A DNA stretch of 64,000 nucleotides from an uncultured Gemmatimonadales bacterium (GTDB lineage: Bacteria > Gemmatimonadota > Gemmatimonadetes > Gemmatimonadales > GWC2-71-9), in the NCBI GenBank assembly GCA_963742755.1, contig CAVUMU010000011.1, positions 76,568 through 140,567 of the forward strand. The letters run 5' to 3'. The position numbers were made by a program, and so were the translations under genes. Position 1 is the first letter of the stretch; each line of letters opens with the position of its first letter. This document shows, in pieces, positions 48,343 to 57,311 of this stretch. The notes beneath the pieces are model-generated. The model was not told where the DNA came from. It saw only the letters and a program-made list of their open reading frames with translations, and made no database searches.

Positions 48343-49604
48343 GATTGGGTGTCGAGCTGGATATCGGCGTCATCCGGGCGGTGCGTGTGCCGCCGGGGCG
48401 GGGGCCGATCCAGGTTATGGAGACGGGCTGGGACCCCGAGCGCCCGGAGGATGCCGTACAAGTCCTGCGTGAGGGGCTTGGCAGGGGCGCGCATGTTTCG
48501 GTCGCACTTGCGATGCCGCTGCTCCTGGTCAAGCGGTTGAAGCTGCCGCCCATTCCCGCACCCGACCGGGCCGCAATCCTGCAGCTCGAGCCCCAGCGAT
48601 TTTTCGCCGTGCGCCTGGAGGATCTGGTGGCGGCAGTGCGGGACGAGGACGACCTGGTGTTCGCCGCCCGAGAGGCCCCCCTGACGCAGTGGCTCACTGC
48701 ACTGCAGGCGCTGGGACCAGTCGACCGAGTGGAACCCAGCCCGTTGGCGCTGGCGCGGGCCCTGGGCGAGGGCAAGGTCACCGACACCGTCGTGCTGCTG
48801 GACGGAGCCGCCCGTGGTGCCGGAGTGGGCATGGTCCAGATCCGTTCAGGACAGGTGACCCAGGCACGCCGGCTCTACGGCGAGCTCTCCGATGCGGCGG
48901 CGGCCCTGTGCAGCGGCGAGTCGTCCCCTGCCGCCGTCATGGTGGAGCCGTGGGACGAGGATCGAGCCCGCACGCTGGCCGAACGGTTGCCTGCTACCAC
49001 GGCCGGACCTCTACCCTCCGTAGTCGACCTGCCTTCGTCATTCCTCCCGGCCTACGGGGCGGCGCGCGGACCCGACCACTCGCTGGCGTACACCCTCATG
49101 CCGGATTACCTCCGAAACGGGATCCGGCGGCGCCGACGGAGGGACCTGCTGCTGGCGGGGCTCGCCGCCCTCACGGCTCTGGTGTTTGCCATCACCTCGG
49201 TCCTCGCCTGGCGGGAACGCTCGGCGCATGCGATGGAGGCTGAAGTGCAGGCGCTGAGAGGCCGGGCCGCCGCGGCGCTCGCGCTGCAGACCCAGTTCGA
49301 GACGATGAACCGCCAGGCCAACGCAATTGCCGGTGTCAGGGCCGAGCGGGCGGCACCGCTCGCCGTGCTCCTGGCGCTGTCGAACCGGCTGCCTCCAGGC
49401 GCTTATCTCAGGTCACTGCGAGTCACCGGTGGCGAATGGCAGATCGAGGGCCATGCCGGTCAGGCGGCGCAGCTGATACAGGTGCTGGGTGCCGCGCCGG
49501 AGTTTCGCGGCGTCCGCTTCTTGTCAGCCACCAACCGGATTCAAGTGGATGATCGGACCTATGAAACGTTTTCACTGGCTTTCCGCTTCGTTCCGGCGCC
49601 TTAG
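48339..49604 (+). CDS. gspL: T2SS GspL/PilMN-like protein
   Basis: Cytoplasmic actin-like N-domain, single TM after RRRRR, PilN-like periplasmic domain. Confidence 0.65.
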   Translation: MRLGVELDIGVIRAVRVPPGRGPIQVMETGWDPERPEDAVQVLREGLGRGAHVSVALAMPLLLVKRLKLPPIPAPDRAAILQLEPQRFFAVRLEDLVAAVRDEDDLVFAAREAPLTQWLTALQALGPVDRVEPSPLALARALGEGKVTDTVVLLDGAARGAGVGMVQIRSGQVTQARRLYGELSDAAAALCSGESSPAAVMVEPWDEDRARTLAERLPATTAGPLPSVVDLPSSFLPAYGAARGPDHSLAYTLMPDYLRNGIRRRRRRDLLLAGLAALTALVFAITSVLAWRERSAHAMEAEVQALRGRAAAALALQTQFETMNRQANAIAGVRAERAAPLAVLLALSNRLPPGAYLRSLRVTGGEWQIEGHAGQAAQLIQVLGAAPEFRGVRFLSATNRIQVDDRTYETFSLAFRFVPAP

Positions 49605-50169
49605 CCGGCGCGAGCAGCTGGTAGTGATCGCCGGAGGGGCAGTCAGCGCGGCTGCCTTGCTGCTGGTCTTCGCGCTGCTGCCGATTGCGGGTCGCTGGTC
49701 CGAGCGCGAAGCCAGATACGCGGCGAGTCGCGATCAGCTGGTCCGGCTGCAGACTCTGGTAGCCAGCCAGGCCCAATTGCGGCGAGCGCTCGACGATCAA
49801 CAGCGGGTACTGGGGGTATCCGTCGGTCTGCTCGCAACCGGCCCTACACCCGCGCTCGCCGCCTCCAACCTGCAGGCGCTGGTGCAGCGCTATGCCGAGG
49901 AGAGCAGGGTGCAGCTCGACCGGATCTTCGTGGCCGGCGAGGCCAAGCCTGATTCTCAGGGCCTGACCTCTATCCCGGTGCAGCTCCAGGGGCAGGGCGA
50001 CATCTACGGCCTGGTTGATTTCCTGTTTCGGCTCCAGCACGGAGAGAAGCTGCTCGTGATAGACGACATGTCGGTCACCGCAGGGCTCCCGCACACCGAT
50101 CGGCGAGACTTCATCACCTGGTCAGTCACCATGCACGGTCTTTACGCCACTCCCGGGAAAGCTTCGTGA
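49561..50169 (+). CDS. gspM: T2SS GspM/PilO-like protein
   Basis: LSRREQ plus TM, coiled coil, ferredoxin-like C-domain. Confidence 0.7.
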   Translation: MKRFHWLSASFRRLSRREQLVVIAGGAVSAAALLLVFALLPIAGRWSEREARYAASRDQLVRLQTLVASQAQLRRALDDQQRVLGVSVGLLATGPTPALAASNLQALVQRYAEESRVQLDRIFVAGEAKPDSQGLTSIPVQLQGQGDIYGLVDFLFRLQHGEKLLVIDDMSVTAGLPHTDRRDFITWSVTMHGLYATPGKAS

Positions 50170-50675
50170 TCACTCGAGAAGATCTGCTCACTCCGAGAAC
50201 GCTGTACGGCATAGCCGGTGTGTTCGTTGTTCTTGGCCTGGGTCTTCGGGTGGCGCCCGCCCGGGTCCCTGCGGCGCAGCCGGCGCATCGTCTGCCAACC
50301 GCGGCTGTACCTTCCGATCCAGCCTCCACGGGGGACGAGCGCTCCTACGCGCCAATCGCCGCCGGAAACGTCTTCTCCCAAGCGCGGACCCCACCCAAGG
50401 TGCGGTTCGTCCCGGAAGGAAGCGAGGAGCCCGCCCCCACCGTGACTCCGCGCCAGAAGCCTCGGCCACCGGCCTTGCGGCTGTACGGCATCACGGCCGG
50501 TACTATCGCGTTGATTGACGCCGACCCGAAGATTCGCGGCGCGGAGCTTTATCGGGTGGGTGACCGGCTCGGCAGCGGTCGGATCAGCCGCATCACCGAT
50601 TCAACGGTCGTGATCTCCCGGCCGGGTGGGCCCTTGATCCTTCGCCTACCGTCCAGCCGCCGGCCTCCCCGATGA
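50166..50675 (+). CDS. T2SS GspC-like protein
   Basis: TM, NVF, Pro-rich linker, LRLYGI...YRVGD...ISRITDSTVVI HR domain. Confidence 0.6.
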   Translation: MITREDLLTPRTLYGIAGVFVVLGLGLRVAPARVPAAQPAHRLPTAAVPSDPASTGDERSYAPIAAGNVFSQARTPPKVRFVPEGSEEPAPTVTPRQKPRPPALRLYGITAGTIALIDADPKIRGAELYRVGDRLGSGRISRITDSTVVISRPGGPLILRLPSSRRPPR

Positions 50676-52504
50676 GGGCAAGCGCGTTGTGCCTCACCTG
50701 GCTTCTTACCGCCGGCGCAGTTGTTCCGTTGGCGGCGCAGGAGCCGCTGACGGTCCGGATCAATTACGTGGATGCCGACCTGAGGGATGTCATTCGTTCC
50801 CTGGCGGCGGTTCTCGGCCTCAACGTTGTTCTTACTGAAGTGCCGGCCAGGCGGGTCACCTTTCAGACGCCGGAGCCGGTGCCGGTAGCCGAGGTCGGTG
50901 CGGTGCTCGAAGCCGTTCTCGAAGCCCAGGAGCTGGTCCTGGTGGAGAAAGGTCCGGTAGCTCAGGTCCTGCCCGATGCCAAGCGCCCGTCCACCGGGCC
51001 GATACGAGTAGGCAAGGAGCTGCAGAAGCCGCCGCCGCTCGGACTCATTACCCAGATCGTCCCACTCGACTATATCGGCGCCGAGGAAGCACTCGCGTTT
51101 CTCACCCAGATCGCCGGTAAGTCGGTGAGAATCGAGGTGGTCCCGCGCTCGAATGCCATCCTGATCACTGACCGCGGGGTCAACATCGCGCGCTATCTCG
51201 AGCTGCTCCAGAAGCTCGACGTAAAGACCGGCGGGGAGTCTGGTCTGCGGACATTCGTCTATCCGCTGAAGCACGCAAGCGCCGAGGAGCTGTCCGCCAC
51301 TTTGAGCGAGGTCTTCGGCGGGGCCACCGGCGCACCCAGCGAACGGACCCGGGTGCGGTCGCTGGAGGATCGGAGCTTGTCGTCCGAGCTGGACGCGTTC
51401 CGGAAACGGGAGAACGAGGCGCTGGAACAGCGGCGTCAGACCCCGATCCCCACTCTGGCTCCGCCTCCGGCGGCGCCCACGCCCGGCACCGAGACTGCTG
51501 GAGCACAGTCGGGGCTGGTGGGACAGACCACGATCGTGCCCGACCAGGCGACCAATTCGCTCGTCATTCGCACTGCGCCGCCCAATTTTCCCGTGCTCCA
51601 GGAGACGATCGACAAGCTCGATATCAGGCCGGCCCAGGTGCTACTCGAGGTCCTCATCGCCGAGGTCAATCTGGGCAATGCCACCCAGTACGGGATCAAC
51701 TGGCGGCTGTTCACCCAGGAGCTGGTCACCGGCGATTCTACCCGGGGGATTACCGGCCTGTATGGCGGACCGTCCTTCGGGGATTCGGCGCTCAGCAGTC
51801 TGGGCGGTCTTGGTATTCGGGTCGTCAGCATGGGCACGAACGTAGACGTTCGCGCCATCATCCAGGCGCTGGCCAGCAAAACCAAGGTTAAGGTGCTCTC
51901 CACTCCTCGCATTCTGGCGCTGAATAATGAGGAGGCACGGATTCTCGTCGGCAGCGAGGTCCCCTTCACCCAATCGACTCGAACCGGCCTCGACGTCGTG
52001 GTGGATCAGACGGTCCAGTTCCGCAACGTAGGCACCCAGCTGACGATCGTCCCCACCGTAAACAAGGACCGGTACGTCACCTTCCGTATACTTCAGGAAG
52101 TCAGCGCCCTGACCGCCCAGACGATCCAGGCCGCGCTCAATGCCCCGGTGATCTCGACCCGGGAGGTGGAGACCAGTGCGATTGTTCGGAGTGGGAGCAC
52201 GATCATCATCGGTGGCTTGATCGGAGAGTCGGAGCAGACGATTCAGAGCGGCGTGCCCATTCTCCAGGATCTACCGATCATCGGTGCACTCTTCCGGAAC
52301 TCAGACAGGAGCAAATCACGGAGCGAGCTCGCCATCTTCGTAACCCCGCACGTCGTGTTCGACGACGCGCAGGCTGACTCCCTGCTCCAGCAACAGCGGG
52401 GGCAATTGCAGGGGATGCAGCCCCTTCTCGACAGCATGTTCGCTCTACCCAACATCGACGGCAGGGGAAGCGTGACCGGCGAGAAGGCCATGACCGGACG
52501 ATGA
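50672..52504 (+). CDS. gspD: T2SS secretin GspD
   Basis: INYVDADLRDVI, YPLKHASA, QVLLEVLIAEV, STPRIL.LNNEEA, GVPILQDLP.IG.LF. Confidence 0.92.
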   Translation: MRASALCLTWLLTAGAVVPLAAQEPLTVRINYVDADLRDVIRSLAAVLGLNVVLTEVPARRVTFQTPEPVPVAEVGAVLEAVLEAQELVLVEKGPVAQVLPDAKRPSTGPIRVGKELQKPPPLGLITQIVPLDYIGAEEALAFLTQIAGKSVRIEVVPRSNAILITDRGVNIARYLELLQKLDVKTGGESGLRTFVYPLKHASAEELSATLSEVFGGATGAPSERTRVRSLEDRSLSSELDAFRKRENEALEQRRQTPIPTLAPPPAAPTPGTETAGAQSGLVGQTTIVPDQATNSLVIRTAPPNFPVLQETIDKLDIRPAQVLLEVLIAEVNLGNATQYGINWRLFTQELVTGDSTRGITGLYGGPSFGDSALSSLGGLGIRVVSMGTNVDVRAIIQALASKTKVKVLSTPRILALNNEEARILVGSEVPFTQSTRTGLDVVVDQTVQFRNVGTQLTIVPTVNKDRYVTFRILQEVSALTAQTIQAALNAPVISTREVETSAIVRSGSTIIIGGLIGESEQTIQSGVPILQDLPIIGALFRNSDRSKSRSELAIFVTPHVVFDDAQADSLLQQQRGQLQGMQPLLDSMFALPNIDGRGSVTGEKAMTGR

Positions 52505-54102
52505 CACGCCGCCAACCAGCTCAAACGCAACACCTGGAGCTACCGACACCTCCGCCGGCGCTGCCCAATCCGTCCGCTCGGGCCATCTCCGCCGCGGATC
52601 TTCGGACCGCGGTCGCGAGCCCCCTGGCTCAGCGACTCTCGCTCAAGTACTGGGAGCAACATTGTCTGCTGCCTTTGACCATCACCGAGTCGCAGCTGAC
52701 CGTGGCCGGCGGAGAAGCGGTGGACCCAACCGTGCTGGACGAGTTGGCCTGGCTCTATGATCGGAGAGTGAGGCTGGTCGAGGCGCCCGCGGCCGAGATC
52801 CAGTCGGCCATCCTGTCCGCACAGTCGGCTACCGGCCCGGAGATCCAGGCAACCGACCTGAAGGGGAACGACCTGGTGGTGCTGGCGCCGGAGGACGAGG
52901 CCCTCGATGACCTGAGGGCACTGGCGAACCAGGCGCCGGTAATCAAGCTGGTCAACGTGATGATTCTGGAAGCGTTGCGGGCCCGGGCCAGCGACATCCA
53001 CCTCGAGGCCACCAACGATGGCCTGCGGGTGCGATACCGTATTGACGGCGTGCTCCAGGAGATCTCCCATCCTCCACGCCAATTCCAGGCTGCGGTTATC
53101 AGCCGGATCAAGATCATGGCGGGGTTGAACATCGCCGAGCGGCGGCTCTCGCAGGACGGGAGGATCCGGCTCAAGCTATCTGATCGCGAGCTCGACCTGC
53201 GGGTCTCGATCACCCCGGCGCTGCATGGCGAGGGTGTAGTGCTCCGCATCCTCGACCGCGGAGCCGGGGTGCGCGACCTCGACGAGCTCGGCTTGTCCGA
53301 CAGCGTGCGGCAAACCTTCGACCAGCTGATCCGCCAGCCTCACGGCGTCGTGCTGGTCACCGGCCCAACCGGCTCCGGAAAGACCACGACGCTCTATGGC
53401 GGTGTCAGCCGGTTGAATCAGCCGGGAGTGAAGATCGTCACCGTCGAGGACCCGGTGGAGTACCAGATGGACGGCGTCACCCAGATCCCGGTAAGTCCCA
53501 AGATAGGACTCACCTTCGCCGCCATCCTCCGATCAATCCTGCGCCACGACCCCGACATCATCATGGTAGGCGAGATGCGCGACCGGGAGACAGCGGAGAT
53601 CGCCATTCAGGCCGCGCTGACGGGCCACATGGTCTTCTCCACACTGCATACCAACGACGCGCCAAGTGGGATCACGCGCATGGTGGACATGGGCGTGGAA
53701 CCCTACCTGGTGTCTGCTACCGTGTCAGGCATCCTCGCTCAGCGGCTGGTCCGGCTGGTGTGTGACACCTGCGCGGAGCCCGAATATCCGCCGCCAGAGG
53801 CACTGGAGCAGTTCGATGCCGCCCTGCCCGACATTCCCGCGCCTCGGTTCCGGCGCGGCCGGGGCTGCGAGGCCTGTGGGGGCAGCGGGTACCGGGGCCG
53901 CACCGGGATCTACGAGCTGATGGTGCTTAACGAGGAGATCCGGTCTCGCATCGTGGCCGGCGCGCCACTGGCCGAGATCCGCTCCCTGGCGCAGGCGGCC
54001 GGCATGGTGCCACTGCGCACGGCGGGGTGGGCTAAGGCCTGCGCGGGCGTCACGTCGCTGGCCGAGGTGCTGAGGGTCACCCGCGAGGAGTCGGCCGGGT
54101 GA
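52501..54102 (+). CDS. gspE: T2SS ATPase GspE
   Basis: ASDIHLE, GPTGSGKTTTLY, EDPVEY, LRHDPDIIMVGEMRD, AALTGH, CxxC pairs. Confidence 0.95.
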   Translation: MTRRQPAQTQHLELPTPPPALPNPSARAISAADLRTAVASPLAQRLSLKYWEQHCLLPLTITESQLTVAGGEAVDPTVLDELAWLYDRRVRLVEAPAAEIQSAILSAQSATGPEIQATDLKGNDLVVLAPEDEALDDLRALANQAPVIKLVNVMILEALRARASDIHLEATNDGLRVRYRIDGVLQEISHPPRQFQAAVISRIKIMAGLNIAERRLSQDGRIRLKLSDRELDLRVSITPALHGEGVVLRILDRGAGVRDLDELGLSDSVRQTFDQLIRQPHGVVLVTGPTGSGKTTTLYGGVSRLNQPGVKIVTVEDPVEYQMDGVTQIPVSPKIGLTFAAILRSILRHDPDIIMVGEMRDRETAEIAIQAALTGHMVFSTLHTNDAPSGITRMVDMGVEPYLVSATVSGILAQRLVRLVCDTCAEPEYPPPEALEQFDAALPDIPAPRFRRGRGCEACGGSGYRGRTGIYELMVLNEEIRSRIVAGAPLAEIRSLAQAAGMVPLRTAGWAKACAGVTSLAEVLRVTREESAG

Positions 54103-55298
54103 CCGCTCGATTCCGCTACCGGGCTGCGAGCAGGGCCGGGCGAGTGGTCGAAGGAGTCCTGCAGGCCCCTTCCCGGCAAACGGCAATCGCCGAGCTGGAG
54201 AGGCAGCAACTCTATCCGGTGGCGATCGACGAGGTGCTGGTGCGGGACTCTCTCCTGGCACCGCGACGCCTGGGCCGCCGGGCCGCCGTGACACTCTGGT
54301 GCCGAAGTGCCGCCACTCTTCTGGGCGCGGGGCTGCCGCTCGACCGGGTCCTGGGCTTCACCGCGGCGCATGTGGGGCACCCCGACCTGAGTGAGGCGCT
54401 CAAGCAGGTCCGGCGGTCGGTGCAGGGCGGTGCCAGCCTGGCCGACGCGCTCATGGAGCATCCCCGCTACTTCGATTCGCTCTTTGTGGCGACGGTTTCG
54501 GCGGGGGAATCGAGCGGCGCGCTGGAGACGGTCTTCGAGCGACTGGCCGAGCACCTGGAAGAGAGCGCCGAGCTCCGGTCCCAGGTCCGCTCGGCGCTGC
54601 TGTACCCCGGGCTAATGGCGGTCGTCGGTAGCCTCGGCGTGATCATCCTCCTGGGGTTCGTGATCCCGCGCTTCGCCGGCATCCTGGCCGACGTGGGCGG
54701 CAGCCTGCCCTTCTCGACTCGCCTCCTGATGACAGCCAGTGCGGTGGTGAGTCAGGGTTGGTGGGCCTGGCTGCTGCTGGCCACCGCCGCGGCGTACGCC
54801 ATCCCCACCGCGTTGGCTCGTCCGGCGCTACGGCGACGCTGGCACGGGATGCGGCTCGAACTGCCGTGGGTGGGAGATCTGGAGCGCAAGTATACGACTG
54901 CGCGATTTGCCCGAACCTTGGGGCTGGTGCTGCGGAGCGGCATCTCGGTCCTGCCCGCCTTGAAAATCGCCCGCACCTCCGCCGGCAACCTGGTGATTCA
55001 GGATGGACTCGAGCGGGCCTCCGCGGCAGTTTCCGAGGGCAGCGCACTGGCGCCGGCGCTGGCCTCCACCCTGCCGCCCCTGGCGGTGCAGCTGATCGCC
55101 GTGGGCGAGGAGAGCGGCCATCTGGAAGACCTTTGCCTTCGGGTGGCAGATTCCTACGACACTGAAGTACGGCGCTCGGTGCGGACCGCGGTCGCGCTCA
55201 TCGAGCCGGCGATGATCCTGCTCTTCGGCTCTCTGGTAGGGTTCGTCGCGCTGGCAATGTTGCAGGCAATCTATGGCATTAATCTCAACGCCTTCTAG
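54099..55298 (+). CDS. gspF: T2SS inner-membrane platform GspF
   Basis: AGESSGAL, ALLYP, VIPRF, VGEESGHL, LIEP. Confidence 0.92.
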   Translation: MTARFRYRAASRAGRVVEGVLQAPSRQTAIAELERQQLYPVAIDEVLVRDSLLAPRRLGRRAAVTLWCRSAATLLGAGLPLDRVLGFTAAHVGHPDLSEALKQVRRSVQGGASLADALMEHPRYFDSLFVATVSAGESSGALETVFERLAEHLEESAELRSQVRSALLYPGLMAVVGSLGVIILLGFVIPRFAGILADVGGSLPFSTRLLMTASAVVSQGWWAWLLLATAAAYAIPTALARPALRRRWHGMRLELPWVGDLERKYTTARFARTLGLVLRSGISVLPALKIARTSAGNLVIQDGLERASAAVSEGSALAPALASTLPPLAVQLIAVGEESGHLEDLCLRVADSYDTEVRRSVRTAVALIEPAMILLFGSLVGFVALAMLQAIYGINLNAF

Positions 55299-55305
55299 GT
55301 GCACT

Positions 55306-55746
55306 ATGTCTCGGCTCTCGACCACTGACAGGGATGGGTTCACGCTCATCGAGATACTCGTCGTGATCATCGTGATCGGGCTGCTGGCCGGTTTGGTGGG
55401 CCCCCGAATATTAGGCCGGGTTTCCGAGGCCAAGACGGCCACTGCCAGGACCCAGATCGAGCTCATCGGTCTCGCCCTGGACAACTATCGGCTCGACAAC
55501 GGAGCCTACCCCACCACCGAGCAGGGCCTCCCGGCGCTTCAGGAGAAGCCGGGCCGCGAACCGACCTCGCTCAACTGGCGAGGGCCCTACCTGAAGAAGG
55601 CCGTTCCCCTCGATCCCTGGGGCCGCGCCTACTCGTATTCCAGCCCCGGTGAGCATACCCCGGGCGGCTACGATCTCTGGACTCTGGGCCGGGATGGACA
55701 GCCAGGAGGCGAGAACGACAACGCAGACGTGACCAGCTGGAAATGA
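55306..55746 (+). CDS. gspG: T2SS major pseudopilin GspG
   Basis: GFTLIEILVV, YRLDNGAYPTTEQGL, WRGPYL, DPWG, LGRDGQPGGE. Confidence 0.95.
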   Translation: MSRLSTTDRDGFTLIEILVVIIVIGLLAGLVGPRILGRVSEAKTATARTQIELIGLALDNYRLDNGAYPTTEQGLPALQEKPGREPTSLNWRGPYLKKAVPLDPWGRAYSYSSPGEHTPGGYDLWTLGRDGQPGGENDNADVTSWK

Positions 55747-55771
55747 CGCGTTAGCCGCAGACGGTCGGGTC

Positions 55772-56257
55772 TCAAAGTGTCTGGTTGAGGCCAAGAACCA
55801 GTCGGAACGGGCTGGTGCGGTTTACAAAAGTCCACCGAAACTCCAGGAATACCTTCCTCAGCGTCGCTGCCTCCGACACCAGGCCGAAGAACAGGTTGTA
55901 TCCCGTCTTCACCCCCGACAGGGCTCGCACCCGAGTGAACGCCGCCCCGGCTCCGCCGTAGATGCTGCGGCGGGGGCCGAAGCTCAGGGTGCCGTCGGCA
56001 TTGAGCTGCCAGCGGAAGGGAGTACGGTCACCCAGGAAATAGTCGCCGCTCGGTCGGAAGGCGATGCGGTTTTGAAGGGGAACCACGGCCTGGCCGCCGA
56101 CGCTCCAGGCATGGTTCTCGAAATCGCGTCCACCCCGCACCCCGACGTTGATGCCCTGCCATACGCCGCCCTTCCGGTGCAACTGGGCGGCGGCCGGAGT
56201 CGAGAGCAGGCTGCCCGCGCACAACACTGCCGCCAGCCGCAGGTGAACGGTGGTCAA
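55772..56257 (-). CDS. Small outer-membrane beta-barrel protein
   Basis: Signal peptide; alternating amphipathic strands; YGGAG, FLEFRW; TTG start overlaps the gspH stop. Confidence 0.6.
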   Translation of the reverse strand: MTTVHLRLAAVLCAGSLLSTPAAAQLHRKGGVWQGINVGVRGGRDFENHAWSVGGQAVVPLQNRIAFRPSGDYFLGDRTPFRWQLNADGTLSFGPRRSIYGGAGAAFTRVRALSGVKTGYNLFFGLVSEAATLRKVFLEFRWTFVNRTSPFRLVLGLNQTL

Positions 56258-56679
56258 CGAGCGGTTGGGAGGCGTGAAGGCGGGGGCTGGGCGACCTCAC
56301 ACGTCAGCGGATCCAGGCGCATGTCGCCCGCTATTACACTGCTCGGCGCGTCCAGGGCACAGCTCCCGGTAGGGGAGAGCAGAACGGTCAACGGATGCTC
56401 GTAAAAGGGATCCACCCTCCCTCTCAGTAAGACTTCCGGCGCCGCCGAGGCTGAGCCTTCGATCCTCCACTCGCCGGATGCACCGATCCGAAGGTGTACG
56501 GTTTCCCCCCGCCTGATCGCAGCCTCGCGCGCGGTGGAAACCAGGTGTCGGAATCCCGACTCAGCCGGGGCAGGTCGCAGCAGGGCAGGGGCCGCCAGGG
56601 CCGCGGTCAAGCCGATCAGCACCAGGACCACGACCATCTCGATCAAGGTGACGCCCCGCAGTGCGGCCGGGTTACTCAT
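56254..56679 (-). CDS. gspH: GspH/FimT-like pseudopilin
   Basis: GVTLIEMVVVLVLIG..AAP; AREAAIRRG. Confidence 0.7.
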   Translation of the reverse strand: MSNPAALRGVTLIEMVVVLVLIGLTAALAAPALLRPAPAESGFRHLVSTAREAAIRRGETVHLRIGASGEWRIEGSASAAPEVLLRGRVDPFYEHPLTVLLSPTGSCALDAPSSVIAGDMRLDPLTCEVAQPPPSRLPTAR

Positions 56680-56733
56680 GATCCCGAAGGTGCCCGGAGG
56701 GTGGTCCACTGTCAAACCGGCGTCCATCCGGAT

Positions 56734-56892
56734 TCAAAAGATCGCGTAGATGAAAGGAGCCAGCACTGATCCCTGGGCAAAGATGATGAGGGCCCCGACG
56801 AGGGCCATTATGATGATGATGGGCAGCAGCCACCACTTCTTGCGCGCTCGCATGAAAGCCCAGATCTCTCGAGCCATGCCCGCTTGCGCCAT
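56734..56892 (-). CDS. DUF5989/SxtK-like small membrane peptide (52 aa, not in ORF track)
   Basis: Manual translation MAQAGMAREIWAFMRARKKWWLLPIIIIMALVGALIIFAQGSVLAPFIYAIF; RBS AAGGAGG. Confidence 0.9.
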   Translation of the reverse strand: MAQAGMAREIWAFMRARKKWWLLPIIIIMALVGALIIFAQGSVLAPFIYAIF

Positions 56893-56903
56893 TACATCCC
56901 TCC

Positions 56904-57311
56904 TTAGAACTGTCGCTCCAGATCAGCCCGCTGCCGGCCACGATTCTCCCTCGTGACCCAGAAGCTGTTCCCCCTTGCCCGCGCGCGCAGCGCGTTATTT
57001 CCGGTGAGACGCCGGAGAATCCCTATGGGGGTGATGACCAGAAAGTATACCGCGGCGAGGAGAACCGGCGTGGTCACTTTCGAGAGAACCATCGCCAGCT
57101 TCATCCATGCTCGAAAAACCGGCGAGAGCACACGGGGCCGGACGAGCCCAAGCGCCACCAGGGCTGCCCCGGCCGCGCCCACGACCCCGGCCGCCATTGG
57201 TCGCCCCCGCCACCAGAGCAGGGCCCCCAGCAGGCAGAACGCCGCTCCGACCATGAGCCCAAAACGGCGTGCGTCGGCAACGCTCAGTCGAGTTGGAATT
57301 CCTTCTGCCAT
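56904..57311 (-). CDS. SxtJ-family membrane protein
   Basis: RRFG, P..LSPVFRAWMKLA..L..VTTP..L..VYF.VITPIG, SFW..R, ERQF C-terminus. Confidence 0.85.
   Translation of the reverse strand: MAEGIPTRLSVADARRFGLMVGAAFCLLGALLWWRGRPMAAGVVGAAGAALVALGLVRPRVLSPVFRAWMKLAMVLSKVTTPVLLAAVYFLVITPIGILRRLTGNNALRARARGNSFWVTRENRGRQRADLERQF

Noticed and set aside
46526-56679. Type IV pilus system
   Set aside because: GspG, GspK and GspD signatures and the absence of PilT indicate T2SS
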